Positions 38,058-47,320 of a stretch of 64,000 nucleotides of DNA are shown one piece after another (the stretch's first letter is position 1; each line of letters opens with the position of its first letter). The position numbers were made by a program, and so were the translations under genes. Where the stretch lies: positions 51,988 to 115,987 of the forward strand of contig DATDEZ010000047.1 of NCBI GenBank assembly GCA_036522875.1, in the 5' to 3' direction. A model generated the notes under the pieces. The model was not told the origin of the DNA, did no database searches, and saw only the letters and a list, made by a program, of their open reading frames with translations. The DNA comes from Gemmatimonadales bacterium. Its GTDB lineage: Bacteria; Gemmatimonadota; Gemmatimonadetes; Gemmatimonadales; GWC2-71-9.

Positions 38058-40256
38058 ATGCTGAGGCCACGCCGCGTGCTGGGAGCAGCCATGCTCCTGA
38101 GCGGCACGCTCGTTTCGCCGTCGCTCGCGCAGGGGTGGATCGATCCGGTCCATCCTCCCATTCCCAACGCCACCGGGCGGGTCGAGCGCCTCCGCAGCGC
38201 GGTGCAGGTGTCCGTCAGCGGCCGCGTCGCGCGCGTCACAGTAGAGGAGTGGTTCCGCAACAACGGGCCGGCACTGGAAGAAGGGATGTACCACTTCCCG
38301 CTTCCGGGCGAGGCAGTCTTCTCGAGCTATTCGCTGTGGCAAGGCGATCAGGAGCTGCGCGGCGAAGCGATGGACGCCACGCAGGCACGCTCGATCTACG
38401 AAGCGATCGTGCGGCAGAAGCGTGACCCCGCGCTGATCGAGCTCGCCGGTGAAGGCCTGATTCGCGCGCGTGTCTTCCCGATTTCCCCGGGGGAGACTCG
38501 CAAGATCACACTCAAGTACACGCAGCTCCTCGACCGCGCCGGCGATGCCTGGCGCTTCCGCTACCTCGGCGATCGCAATCGCCAGTCGGCGCCGAGGAGC
38601 TTTCGCATGGAAGTCGACAGCGCGACACGTTTCGGCGACCCGTACTCGCCCACGCATCAAGTGCAGGTCTCGCGACAGAGCGATCACATCGAGGTGACCG
38701 TCGGCGACAACGCGGCAGGCGGCGACTTCGAGCTGCTCCTGCCGCTCGCCCATGGCCTCGTCGGACTGTCGCTCATTCCTCACCATCCCGCAGGCGAAGA
38801 CGGCTATTTCATGATGCTGCTCGCCCCCGGCGCCGCGGCGGACGCCAATGCGCTGCGCCGCGATGTCGTCGCGGTGATCGATGTTTCGGGTTCGATGTCA
38901 GGCGAAAAACTCGCGCAGGCGAAGGCCGCGCTCACGCAGCTGCTCAACTCACTCCGCCAGGGCGATCGGTTCCGCTTGGTCGCGTTCTCGGGCGGCGTCC
39001 GGCGGTATGCCGAGGGCTGGACGACCGTGAGCGCCGACGCGCGCCGCAGCGCGGGCGAGTGGATTCACAGCCTCGAGGCCGAGGGCGGCACGAACATCGC
39101 CGGGGCGCTCAGCGAAGCATTCGCGCAGTCACCGGACGAGCAGTCGCTCGGCGTCGTCGTGTTCTTGACCGACGGCATCGCGAGCGTGGGCGAAATGGAT
39201 CCGGAGCGCATCGCGCAGCAGGCCGAGCAGGGACGCGGCCACTTTCGGGTGTTCTCATTCGGGATCGGCGATGACGTAAACACGTTTCTGCTCGATCGGT
39301 TGACCGAGCGCGCGCACGGGACCACGGAGTACATCCGCCCCGGCGAAAATATCGAGAGCGCCGTGGGCACGCTGGCCGCGAAGATCGCGAGCCCGGTGCT
39401 CACGGATGTCGCGATCAGCGCCGGTTCCGGGCTCGAGCTGTACGACGTGCAGCCCGGCTCCCTGCCAGACCTGTTCGCCGGCGATGAGCTGGTCGTGTTC
39501 GGCAGGTATCGGGGAGTGGCGAGTGGGGACTTGTCCGTGACGGTGCGCGGTCGCAGAAGCGGTCGCGCGGAGGAGTTCACGACAACCTTCGCCGATCGCG
39601 ACAACGACGACGCGCGCTATATCGAGCAGCTGTGGGCGGCACGCAAAGTCGGCGCGTTGTCCCGTGAGATCCGGCTGCACGGTCAGACGCGTGAAATCAT
39701 GGACGCGCTGAAGCAGCTGGCGCTGCGCTACGGCATCCTGACCGAGTACACGTCCTATCTCGTGCAGGAGCCGAACGTCGCGCTGCGGCGGCAATTCGAG
39801 GATCGGGTCATGCAGGCCCCGGCCCCCGCGCCGGCCGACCAGGCGGGTGCGGCGGCCGTCGGCGTCGCGACGCGCGATCGCTCGATGTCCGAGTCCGACA
39901 ATCTGGCCTCCACCGAGGCGCAGATGCGGAGTGATCTCTCCGGCTTTGACGCCACGCGCCGAGCTCGCTCCGGCATCAATCCGACGCAGCGCGTCGGCGG
40001 CCGGCTGTTCATCCTGCGCGACAGCACGTGGACCGATCTCGGCCACGGCGACTCGCTGCACGTGGTGAGCATCGCTCCCTACAGTGAAGCGTACTTCGCC
40101 GTGCTCAAGGCATTGCCCGACCTCCGCGAGCCCGCGGCCCTCGAGCCCTCGGTGCTGGTGGCCGGACGGCGGGCGAGCATCAAGATTGGTGCCGGCGGCA
40201 AGACGAGCCTGACGCCGGGAGAGCTCGAGCGGCTCGTGAGAGAGTTCAGGGGATGA
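38058..40256 (+). CDS. Secreted VIT plus von Willebrand factor A domain protein
   Basis: Signal peptide. The N-terminal region shows VIT-like beta-sandwich features. vWA MIDAS motif VIDVSGSMSG ... TNIAGAL ... FLTDG. Confidence 0.8.
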   Translation: MLRPRRVLGAAMLLSGTLVSPSLAQGWIDPVHPPIPNATGRVERLRSAVQVSVSGRVARVTVEEWFRNNGPALEEGMYHFPLPGEAVFSSYSLWQGDQELRGEAMDATQARSIYEAIVRQKRDPALIELAGEGLIRARVFPISPGETRKITLKYTQLLDRAGDAWRFRYLGDRNRQSAPRSFRMEVDSATRFGDPYSPTHQVQVSRQSDHIEVTVGDNAAGGDFELLLPLAHGLVGLSLIPHHPAGEDGYFMMLLAPGAAADANALRRDVVAVIDVSGSMSGEKLAQAKAALTQLLNSLRQGDRFRLVAFSGGVRRYAEGWTTVSADARRSAGEWIHSLEAEGGTNIAGALSEAFAQSPDEQSLGVVVFLTDGIASVGEMDPERIAQQAEQGRGHFRVFSFGIGDDVNTFLLDRLTERAHGTTEYIRPGENIESAVGTLAAKIASPVLTDVAISAGSGLELYDVQPGSLPDLFAGDELVVFGRYRGVASGDLSVTVRGRRSGRAEEFTTTFADRDNDDARYIEQLWAARKVGALSREIRLHGQTREIMDALKQLALRYGILTEYTSYLVQEPNVALRRQFEDRVMQAPAPAPADQAGAAAVGVATRDRSMSESDNLASTEAQMRSDLSGFDATRRARSGINPTQRVGGRLFILRDSTWTDLGHGDSLHVVSIAPYSEAYFAVLKALPDLREPAALEPSVLVAGRRASIKIGAGGKTSLTPGELERLVREFRG

Positions 40257-40267
40257 GCTGACTCGAC

Positions 40268-40774
40268 ATGCCCGACGACATCGCCGAGGTGTACCGCAAC
40301 ACCTACCCCGCGCTCGTGCGCTTCCTGTACCGCAAGGTCTGGGACCACGGGCGCGCGGAGGATCTCGCGCAGGAAGCGTTCGCGCGAGCGCTCGTGCACA
40401 AGCCGGAGAACACACGCGGCTGGCTCTTCGTGGTGGCGGCAAACATGGCGCGGGATGAAGCGCGACGGGCGGCGCGTGAGAAGCGGCATCTCATCCTGCT
40501 CAAGAGTGAGCCCGAGGCGGTGCACCACGGCCCGGAAGACGCGATTGACGCCGACCGCCAGGTGCAGCAGGTCCGAGCGGCGCTGGATCAACTCACGCCG
40601 CGCGATCGCGAAGCACTGTTGTTGTGGGATGCGGGGATGTCATACGACGAGATTGCGACGCAAACAGGACTGGCCCGCGGCGCGATCGGCACGACACTGG
40701 CGCGCGCGCGCCGCAGACTGGTAGAGGCCTATGAAGCGGGACAGGAAGGAGGAGAGCATGTCGCACGTGGATGA
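40268..40774 (+). CDS. ECF-type RNA polymerase sigma factor
   Basis: Region 2 (AEDLAQEAFARAL) and region 4 HTH (LTPRDREALLLWDAGMSYDEIATQTG). Confidence 0.9.
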   Translation: MPDDIAEVYRNTYPALVRFLYRKVWDHGRAEDLAQEAFARALVHKPENTRGWLFVVAANMARDEARRAAREKRHLILLKSEPEAVHHGPEDAIDADRQVQQVRAALDQLTPRDREALLLWDAGMSYDEIATQTGLARGAIGTTLARARRRLVEAYEAGQEGGEHVARG

Positions 40775-41807
40775 AGGCACCCTGCACGCATACCTGGACG
40801 GCGAGCTGTCCTCCTCGGAGCGCGCCGCGGTCGACGCGCATCTCGGTCAATGCGGCGAATGCCGCGCCGCTCTCGCGGAGGAGCGCGCGCTCCTCGAGCG
40901 CGCCACTGCGCTGCTCGGCTCAGCGCGCCCGCGCGAGCGCGCAGCCCCGCCGTTCGAGCAGCTCCGCCGCGAGCCTCGCGTGAGTCGCTCGCCGCGGCGA
41001 CTGGGCGTTCCCCTCGCGTGGGCGGCCTCGATCGCACTCGCGGTGGGCCTTGGTTACTATCTCCACGCGCCAGCGGGCAGACCCGCCACCGTCGCATTGC
41101 AATCGCCGACGGAGCCCGCGCAAGCAGAACGAGACGAAGCAGCGGCGCCAGCGAATCAACCTACTGCGCCCGCTGCGCCGAGCCATCGTGAGGTGCGGGA
41201 GCGTCAGGTACCACACCAGTTGGCTCGGCAATCGCCCGCCGCCGACGCGCTGACTGCGGATTCCGTGGCTCGGAAGGACTCTGGGGCCGTTGGTGTCGTG
41301 GCACTCGAGCCGCGGGTGGCGCTTCGCAGTGTGACTCCAACGCCCACCAGCGCGGGTAACGCAACGGGTGCGGCAGCTTCGCGGATCGACGAAGTGGAAG
41401 TTCGCCCTGGCGCGCGCGCGGCTGCTGCGCCGCCTGTGCAGGCACGTCGCGCGCTGGTCCCGCGGGATCTCGTTGCCACGAGCTGGCCGGTCATCAGTCG
41501 CGGAACCGCGGCGTCCTTGCTCGGCGAGAAACCGGTCGGATTGCCTGGCCTCGCCACGCGTGAGATCCGCCGCAGTCCTGGTCCCGACTCGACCATTGTC
41601 GTCGAGCAGAGCCTCGACGCGGCGACGGTAATTCGGATCTATCAACGTCCGATGGGGGCGGGCTATTACGCGTTCGACAGCTCGTCGGCCAAAGCGGTCA
41701 CCGACCGGCTGGCGCGGTACGTCGGGCGACTGCGCGTCGAGATCTCAGGACCGTTGTCCGCCGACTCGCTCAATCGCCTGCTCGAGCAGGTCGAGCCGCT
41801 CCCCTAG
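40758..41807 (+). CDS. Anti-sigma factor (zf-HC2) with one TM and an uncharacterised extracytoplasmic domain
   Basis: MSHVDEGTLHAYLDGEL...HLGQCGECR (HxxxCxxC). TM AWAASIALAVGLGYYL. Overlaps the sigma gene by 17 nt. Confidence 0.8.
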   Translation: MSHVDEGTLHAYLDGELSSSERAAVDAHLGQCGECRAALAEERALLERATALLGSARPRERAAPPFEQLRREPRVSRSPRRLGVPLAWAASIALAVGLGYYLHAPAGRPATVALQSPTEPAQAERDEAAAPANQPTAPAAPSHREVRERQVPHQLARQSPAADALTADSVARKDSGAVGVVALEPRVALRSVTPTPTSAGNATGAAASRIDEVEVRPGARAAAAPPVQARRALVPRDLVATSWPVISRGTAASLLGEKPVGLPGLATREIRRSPGPDSTIVVEQSLDAATVIRIYQRPMGAGYYAFDSSSAKAVTDRLARYVGRLRVEISGPLSADSLNRLLEQVEPLP

Positions 41808-42763
41808 CCTTCCCCGCGGCGCCAGGCGATCAGCTCGGCGACGACGCTGACGGCAATCTCCTCGGGCGTGACGGCGCCGATCGCGAGTCCCACCGGGACG
41901 CGCACGCGCTGGAGACTGCCCGCGGGAATGCCCGCGGCCGTCAGTCCCTTCGTGATCACCGCCTTCTTGCGTTTGCTGCCGAGCAGGCCCACGTAACCGG
42001 CCGGCGACGTCGCGATGCGCTCGAGGATCGTCGCGTCGTTGCGGTGCCCGCGCGTCGCGATGACGACTGCGTCGGCGGCCGTCACCGCGTACTGCTCGAG
42101 CGCCGCCGCCACGTCGCCCACGACCACCCCGGTGCCGTCGGGAAAGCGCGACGGATCGGCATACTCGACGCGATCGTCGATCACGATCACCCGGAATCCC
42201 GCGGCCGCCGCCGCGCGCGCGATCGCCGCGCCGACGTGACCCGCGCCGAACACGAACACGCGCGGCGCGAGGCTCAGACGCTCCTCGACGAACCGGCCGC
42301 CTTCGCTGAGCGATGCCGCCGCCCCTTTGTCACCCGGCGGCAGCTCCTCAAACATCTTTACCGGACCGTCCTTCCACGTTGTCGCGGTCCGCACGAGCCC
42401 GCATTCGGCCGCCGCCGCCTGCCGGAGCACGCGCACGTAGAACTCATCCGCGAGCAGCGGCTCGACGAAGATGTCCACGGTGCCGCCACACGACAGGCCG
42501 AGGTCGCCGGCGAGGTCCGCATTGAGGTGGTGCGTCAGGAGCAACGGCTGCCGCTCGCGCTGGGCCACCAGCGCCGCCGCGATGACGTCGGCCTCGACGC
42601 AACCACCGCCGACGGATCCGATCAGCCGACCTTCCGCCCCTACCAGCATCTTGGTTCCCGCGGGGACAGGCGTGGATCCGCGTGCTTGGGCGACGGTCGC
42701 CAGTGCGCCCGCGCCGCCCGCGCCGAGCAAATCTGCCGCTGCCTTCCACACGCTCATCCTCAA
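41804..42763 (-). CDS. xdhC: XdhC/CoxI-family molybdoenzyme maturation protein
   Basis: N-terminal ALATVAQARGSTPVPAGTKMLV...GSVGGGCVE and a Rossmann-like VFVFGAGHVGAAIARAA. Confidence 0.8.
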   Translation of the reverse strand: MRMSVWKAAADLLGAGGAGALATVAQARGSTPVPAGTKMLVGAEGRLIGSVGGGCVEADVIAAALVAQRERQPLLLTHHLNADLAGDLGLSCGGTVDIFVEPLLADEFYVRVLRQAAAAECGLVRTATTWKDGPVKMFEELPPGDKGAAASLSEGGRFVEERLSLAPRVFVFGAGHVGAAIARAAAAAGFRVIVIDDRVEYADPSRFPDGTGVVVGDVAAALEQYAVTAADAVVIATRGHRNDATILERIATSPAGYVGLLGSKRKKAVITKGLTAAGIPAGSLQRVRVPVGLAIGAVTPEEIAVSVVAELIAWRRGEG

Positions 42764-42822
42764 AAACTAAGCGCCCGGGACCTTGGCCGCCCCGGGCGCC
42801 CGCGAGCTTCACGAGTGTGTAG

Positions 42823-43209
42823 CTATTGCACGACGAGCATGCCGCTCATCCCGGTGTGATGTGTACAGTGATAGGTATAGCTCCCAGCCGTTACGGTCGC
42901 GTTATACGACTGGTTGGCGGTCTTGTCGCCGGAATCGGTCGGCAAGACGCCTCCCGGGCCGGTATCCCACGTCACGTTGTGTGTAATCGCGTTCGACGCC
43001 CAGGAGAACGTCACGGTCCCCGCGGGAACCGTATCCGGGGTCGGTGAGAACGAATTGTTCGCTACGGTAATCGTCGTCAAATGCCCGCCCGGCGGAGGCG
43101 GTGGCGGCGGCCCGGGCGGTGGATAGGTCGGCGTACCTCCACTGTACGCACCGCTGCAGGCGGCGATCGAGGCCAGCGCCGCGACCCTGAGCAGACGAAG
43201 CTTCGGCAT
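42823..43209 (-). CDS. Amicyanin/auracyanin-like type-1 copper lipoprotein (copy 1)
   Basis: Lipobox SIAAC. Ligands ITHNVTW ... YHCTHHTGM (C-x2-H-x2-M). Confidence 0.8.
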   Translation of the reverse strand: MPKLRLLRVAALASIAACSGAYSGGTPTYPPPGPPPPPPPGGHLTTITVANNSFSPTPDTVPAGTVTFSWASNAITHNVTWDTGPGGVLPTDSGDKTANQSYNATVTAGSYTYHCTHHTGMSGMLVVQ

Positions 43210-43248
43210 CGTTTTCCCTCGCAGAGAAAAAGGTTCTCGAATCTACCC

Positions 43249-43593
43249 TCATTGAACGACGATCGTGCCGTTCATTCCCGAGTGAATCGTACAGTGGTAC
43301 GTGTACGTGCCCTGCGCGAGCGTCGCCTGATACGAGCCGCTCGTCATGGTGCTCGAATTGGCGGGCAACGTCCCAGGCCCGGTGAGCCACGTCACGTTAT
43401 GTGAGTTCGACGCGTTGACCCAATTGAATGTGACTTGTCCGGCTGGAACGGTATCAGGCGTGGGATTGAAGGAATTGTTGCTGACGGTGAGTGCGGTGGT
43501 GTGACCGCCGGGGTTGCTGCCAGTGGAATTGCTGCATGCTGCAACGAACGCGGCGACGGCGAGCAGCGTGGCGGCCGTACGAGCGAAATGCAT
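43249..43593 (-). CDS. Amicyanin/auracyanin-like type-1 copper lipoprotein (copy 2)
   Basis: Lipobox FVAAC. Ligands NSHNVTW ... YHCTIHSGM. It is a clear paralog of the adjacent gene. Confidence 0.8.
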   Translation of the reverse strand: MHFARTAATLLAVAAFVAACSNSTGSNPGGHTTALTVSNNSFNPTPDTVPAGQVTFNWVNASNSHNVTWLTGPGTLPANSSTMTSGSYQATLAQGTYTYHCTIHSGMNGTIVVQ

Positions 43594-43667
43594 AGCGCCT
43601 CCGAGAGTGAGTAGTGGGCAAACATGCTACTCCTACCCTCGGTTCCTTGATGAAGCTCGCGAGCTAA

Positions 43668-44876
43668 TTAATGCGCTTCACGCTCCAGGGCGTCAGCAGC
43701 GAGGCGGGGAGAGATGATGGGATAGCGCCCGGCGAACCACGACCAGGAAAGGAGGAAGAGGCCGCCAAAGAACAACGCGACGCCGATCTCGGGGATGCCG
43801 AGCGCCGGACCGCGTCCCTGATTGATGGAGGGAACGACCTCGAAATACCGCTCGAGCCAGATGCCGATCAAACTGATCGTCGCGAAGCCGACCATTGTGA
43901 GTGCGAACTTCTTCGGTTTGACGCCGAGGAGCCCGATGAACGGAATCAGGAACACCATGAGAAAGACGGCGACGCCGACCGGTTTCCACGCGCCGACGAG
44001 GCGGTAAAAGATGAAGTAGGTCTCGTCGGGAAGATTGCCGTACCAGATGACGAGGAACTGCGACCACATGAGGTAGGCCCAGAACACCGTGAAGCCGAAG
44101 CAGAGCTTCCCGAGATCGTGCTGCTGCCGCTCGGTGTAGATGCCGCGCAACCCCATCGCGCCGCGCAGCGCAATCGCGAGAATCGCGAGCAACATGAGCG
44201 CCGCGAGGAAGCTGCCCATGAAATAGAACACGCCGAACAGGTTGCTCACCCAGTTGCGCGCAAGCGACATCATCAAGTCGAACGCGAGCAAGCTGTATCC
44301 GAAGGCGAACGCGAGCACGAGGATCGCGCCGTCGCGCATGATCAGGCCGGAATCTTCGAGCCGCGGCACGGCTTCCCCGCTCGCGAGCTCGCGCACGTCA
44401 GGCCCCACATCGCGTCGCACGAACCGCCACGAGAGCCACGACAGCACGACGAGGATGAGGCCGTTGCGCAGGAAAAACCATTTGGTCGTCAGCCACCAGC
44501 CGACTTCCGGCCGCGGCTCGTGAATCCACGGAAACAGATATTGCCGGCCGACGATCAGGCCGATGAACAGCACCACCGTCACGGTCGTGAAAGCCGCGCT
44601 CGCCTCGGCGAAGCGAATTACGACGCCGCCCCAGTGACCCTTGGCGAGCTTCAGCACGGCCGCGAAGACGACCATCCCCTGCGCGACGCCGGCCCAGAAC
44701 AGGAAGTTGGAGAGATACGCCCACCACGTGCGTTCCGGACTCGATCCGATCAGACCAATGACGAGCACGATGCCGCCGAGGACGGCCGCGACGGCGCCGA
44801 CGAGCGTGAAGCGCGCGACCGGCGCCTGCCGTGCTTTCTGCGCCAGATCGGCGCGACTGATCACGGCGGTCGTCAT
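43668..44876 (-). CDS. actF: Alternative complex III subunit ActF (NrfD-like membrane subunit)
   Basis: About 10 TM segments, polysulfide-reductase NrfD-like. Last large gene of the act operon. Confidence 0.75.
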   Translation of the reverse strand: MTTAVISRADLAQKARQAPVARFTLVGAVAAVLGGIVLVIGLIGSSPERTWWAYLSNFLFWAGVAQGMVVFAAVLKLAKGHWGGVVIRFAEASAAFTTVTVVLFIGLIVGRQYLFPWIHEPRPEVGWWLTTKWFFLRNGLILVVLSWLSWRFVRRDVGPDVRELASGEAVPRLEDSGLIMRDGAILVLAFAFGYSLLAFDLMMSLARNWVSNLFGVFYFMGSFLAALMLLAILAIALRGAMGLRGIYTERQQHDLGKLCFGFTVFWAYLMWSQFLVIWYGNLPDETYFIFYRLVGAWKPVGVAVFLMVFLIPFIGLLGVKPKKFALTMVGFATISLIGIWLERYFEVVPSINQGRGPALGIPEIGVALFFGGLFLLSWSWFAGRYPIISPRLAADALEREAH

Positions 44877-45430
44877 TGGCTTCCGCCTGCCGAGCGAGCG
44901 TTGAGCTGCAGGCTCCGAACGTAGTTCACGACGTCCCAGCGATCGGTGCCGCGGATCTTGTCGCCGTAGCGCGGCATCAATCCGCGCCCCATCCGCTGCG
45001 CCTCGACAATCATGCCGTAGATCGCACCGTCGGTCATCTTCGGCCGCGTCGGATCGACGAGCGACGGGACGCCGGGGAATGGGCCACCGCCCGTCACCGA
45101 AACGGGGCCGTTGCCTTCGCCGCGCTCACCGTGGCACACGAGACAGTAGGTCTGAAACACGACCTTCCCGCGGTTCAGCGACTCGGCCGTGCGCGTCCGT
45201 GGGTTCGTCAGCCGGTCGGCGGTCTCGCGCGTCAGCGGCATTTCGACGCCGCCCACCGGGACCGTACCGTCGACCGGGGGAATCGGCCGCGCGTACGGCT
45301 TGATGCTCCGCTGGTGCCGCATCGTGGCGAACCAACCGACCTTGTGAACCACGGTGTCCGGGTTGCAGGCCAGAACGGCAAGGGCGGCGCAGACGACAAG
45401 GGCAGCGCGGGCGGCACGTGATCTAGCCAC
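44873..45430 (-). CDS. actE: Alternative complex III subunit ActE (monoheme cytochrome c lipoprotein)
   Basis: GTG 45430. Lipobox VLAC. Single CLVCH heme motif and a distal Met context (GLMPRYG). Confidence 0.75.
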   Translation of the reverse strand: MARSRAARAALVVCAALAVLACNPDTVVHKVGWFATMRHQRSIKPYARPIPPVDGTVPVGGVEMPLTRETADRLTNPRTRTAESLNRGKVVFQTYCLVCHGERGEGNGPVSVTGGGPFPGVPSLVDPTRPKMTDGAIYGMIVEAQRMGRGLMPRYGDKIRGTDRWDVVNYVRSLQLNARSAGGSQ

Positions 45431-45968
45431 GGCGCACCTCTTCCGCCCCGGCGTCGCGGAGCAGCGTTTCGACGCGGCGGGCCTGATCGGAATCGGCAGG
45501 CACGAAGATGCCGAAGTGATCGTTCGAGAAGCGCGCGTCGTACTGAATCGTCCCGATGCGCCGCGCCGCAAACAACGCGTTGAAGGCGATGCCCAGGATC
45601 GTGGTCAGCGCGCCGAACAGAATCGTCATCTCGAACATGATGACGACGTATGGCGGCACCGAGCCGACGGGCTTGCCGCCCACGACGACCGGCCAGTCGT
45701 ACGACATCCACAGCGTCAGCCACGCGCCGATCGCGCAACCGGCGATGCCGCCGATCAGCGTGAACATGCGGACGGGGCTGACGGGCTGGCCGAGCGCGTC
45801 TTCGATCTCATGACGCGGAATCGGCGAGAACACCGTGAAGTCGGTGTGGCCGGCGGCGCGCAGCTTCTTGATCGCGTCGAGCGTCGTGTCGAGGAAGCCG
45901 AAGACGCCGAGCACGCCCGGCGTCGGTGGGGCGTTGAAGAGCGCGGGCATGCGCAGCGTCGGACTCAT
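45423..45968 (-). CDS. actD: Alternative complex III subunit ActD (DUF3341-like)
   Basis: ATG 45968 with an ATGA overlap to the actC stop. GVLGVFGFLDTTLDAIKKLRAAGH followed by two TM segments. Confidence 0.7.
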   Translation of the reverse strand: MSPTLRMPALFNAPPTPGVLGVFGFLDTTLDAIKKLRAAGHTDFTVFSPIPRHEIEDALGQPVSPVRMFTLIGGIAGCAIGAWLTLWMSYDWPVVVGGKPVGSVPPYVVIMFEMTILFGALTTILGIAFNALFAARRIGTIQYDARFSNDHFGIFVPADSDQARRVETLLRDAGAEEVRRG

Positions 45969-47320
45969 CGCGTCGCCCGCACCTGGCCGCGGCGCGGCGG
46001 CGCCAGGACTTCCTTCACCTCGGAGATCGACACCGCGGGGAAGTTCTTCACGAACAGGAGGAACCACATGAAGAACCAGCCGAAGCTGCCGGCCATGATG
46101 CCCCAGTCGGCCCAGGTCGGATTGTAGACCGCGTTCGTCCACGTCGTATACGGCTCGCCGGCGAGCGAGACGACGATGATGACGTAGCGCTCGAACCACA
46201 TTCCGATGTTGACGAAGATCGAGATCACGAACAGCGCCGTGATGTTGGTCCGGACCTTCTTGGACCAGAGGAGCCACGGCAGCAGGCCGTTACAGATGTT
46301 CATCGTCCAGCTCGCCCACCAATACGGCCCGAACGCGCGATACCAGAACGCGGCCCGTTCGGCCGGATTGCCGCTGAACCAGGCGACGAAGTTCTCGGTC
46401 ATGTACGAGAAGCTCACGATGGAGCCGGTGAGCAAACAGAGCTTCGCGAGGTTCTCGAAATGGTGGACCGTGATGATCTCTTCCAGTCCGAAGAGCCTGC
46501 GGATCGGGACGAGCAGCGTGATCACCATCCCGACGCCCGAGTAGATGGCGCCGGCGACGAAGTAGGGGGCGAAGAGCGTGGCGTGCCACCCGGGGACGAT
46601 CGACATCGCGAAGTCCCAGGACACGACGCTGTGCACCGACAGCACGAGCGGCGTCGCCAACGCGGCGAGGTAGAGATAGCCGCGCGTGTAGTGCCGCCAC
46701 TCTTCGTTCGTGCCGCGCCACCCGAGCGAGGTGATCGCGTACAGCTTCTTCCGCCAGCCGGTCGCGAGGTCGCGCACCGCGGCGATGTCCGGGATCAATC
46801 CCATGATCAAGAACACGGTCGAGACGGTGAAGTACGTCCCGATGGCGAATTCGTCCCAGATCAGCGGCGACTTGAAGTTCGGCCAGAGGCCGCGCTCGTT
46901 CGGGTACGGGATGAGCCAGTAGAAGTACCACTGGCGACCGATGTGGATCAGCGGGAACAGGCCCGCGGTCATCACCGCGAACACCGTCATCGCCTCGGCG
47001 GTCCGATAGACGGCGGTGCGCCAGCCCGAGCGGAATAAGAAGAGAATCGCGGAGATCAGCGTGCCCGAGTGCGCGATGCCGACCCAGAACACGAAGCACG
47101 TGATGAAAACCGCCCAATACACCGGGTGCGAATAGCCCGCGAGCCCCAGGCCGTAGCGGATGAGAAACAGCAGCGTGACGACGCCGACGCCGAGCAGCGT
47201 GACGGCGGCGCCCAGCAGAATGAAATATCCGCGCGTCGGCGATCCGAGCGTCCGCGCGATCGTGCGCGTGACGTAGTCGTACGTCAACCGCGACGGTGCC
47301 GTCGAGTGCGTCTCAGCCAT
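45965..47320 (-). CDS. actC: Alternative complex III subunit ActC (NrfD-like quinol-interacting membrane subunit)
   Basis: About 10 TM segments of the NrfD/PsrC family. Overlaps the actB stop. Confidence 0.8.
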   Translation of the reverse strand: MAETHSTAPSRLTYDYVTRTIARTLGSPTRGYFILLGAAVTLLGVGVVTLLFLIRYGLGLAGYSHPVYWAVFITCFVFWVGIAHSGTLISAILFLFRSGWRTAVYRTAEAMTVFAVMTAGLFPLIHIGRQWYFYWLIPYPNERGLWPNFKSPLIWDEFAIGTYFTVSTVFLIMGLIPDIAAVRDLATGWRKKLYAITSLGWRGTNEEWRHYTRGYLYLAALATPLVLSVHSVVSWDFAMSIVPGWHATLFAPYFVAGAIYSGVGMVITLLVPIRRLFGLEEIITVHHFENLAKLCLLTGSIVSFSYMTENFVAWFSGNPAERAAFWYRAFGPYWWASWTMNICNGLLPWLLWSKKVRTNITALFVISIFVNIGMWFERYVIIVVSLAGEPYTTWTNAVYNPTWADWGIMAGSFGWFFMWFLLFVKNFPAVSISEVKEVLAPPRRGQVRATR

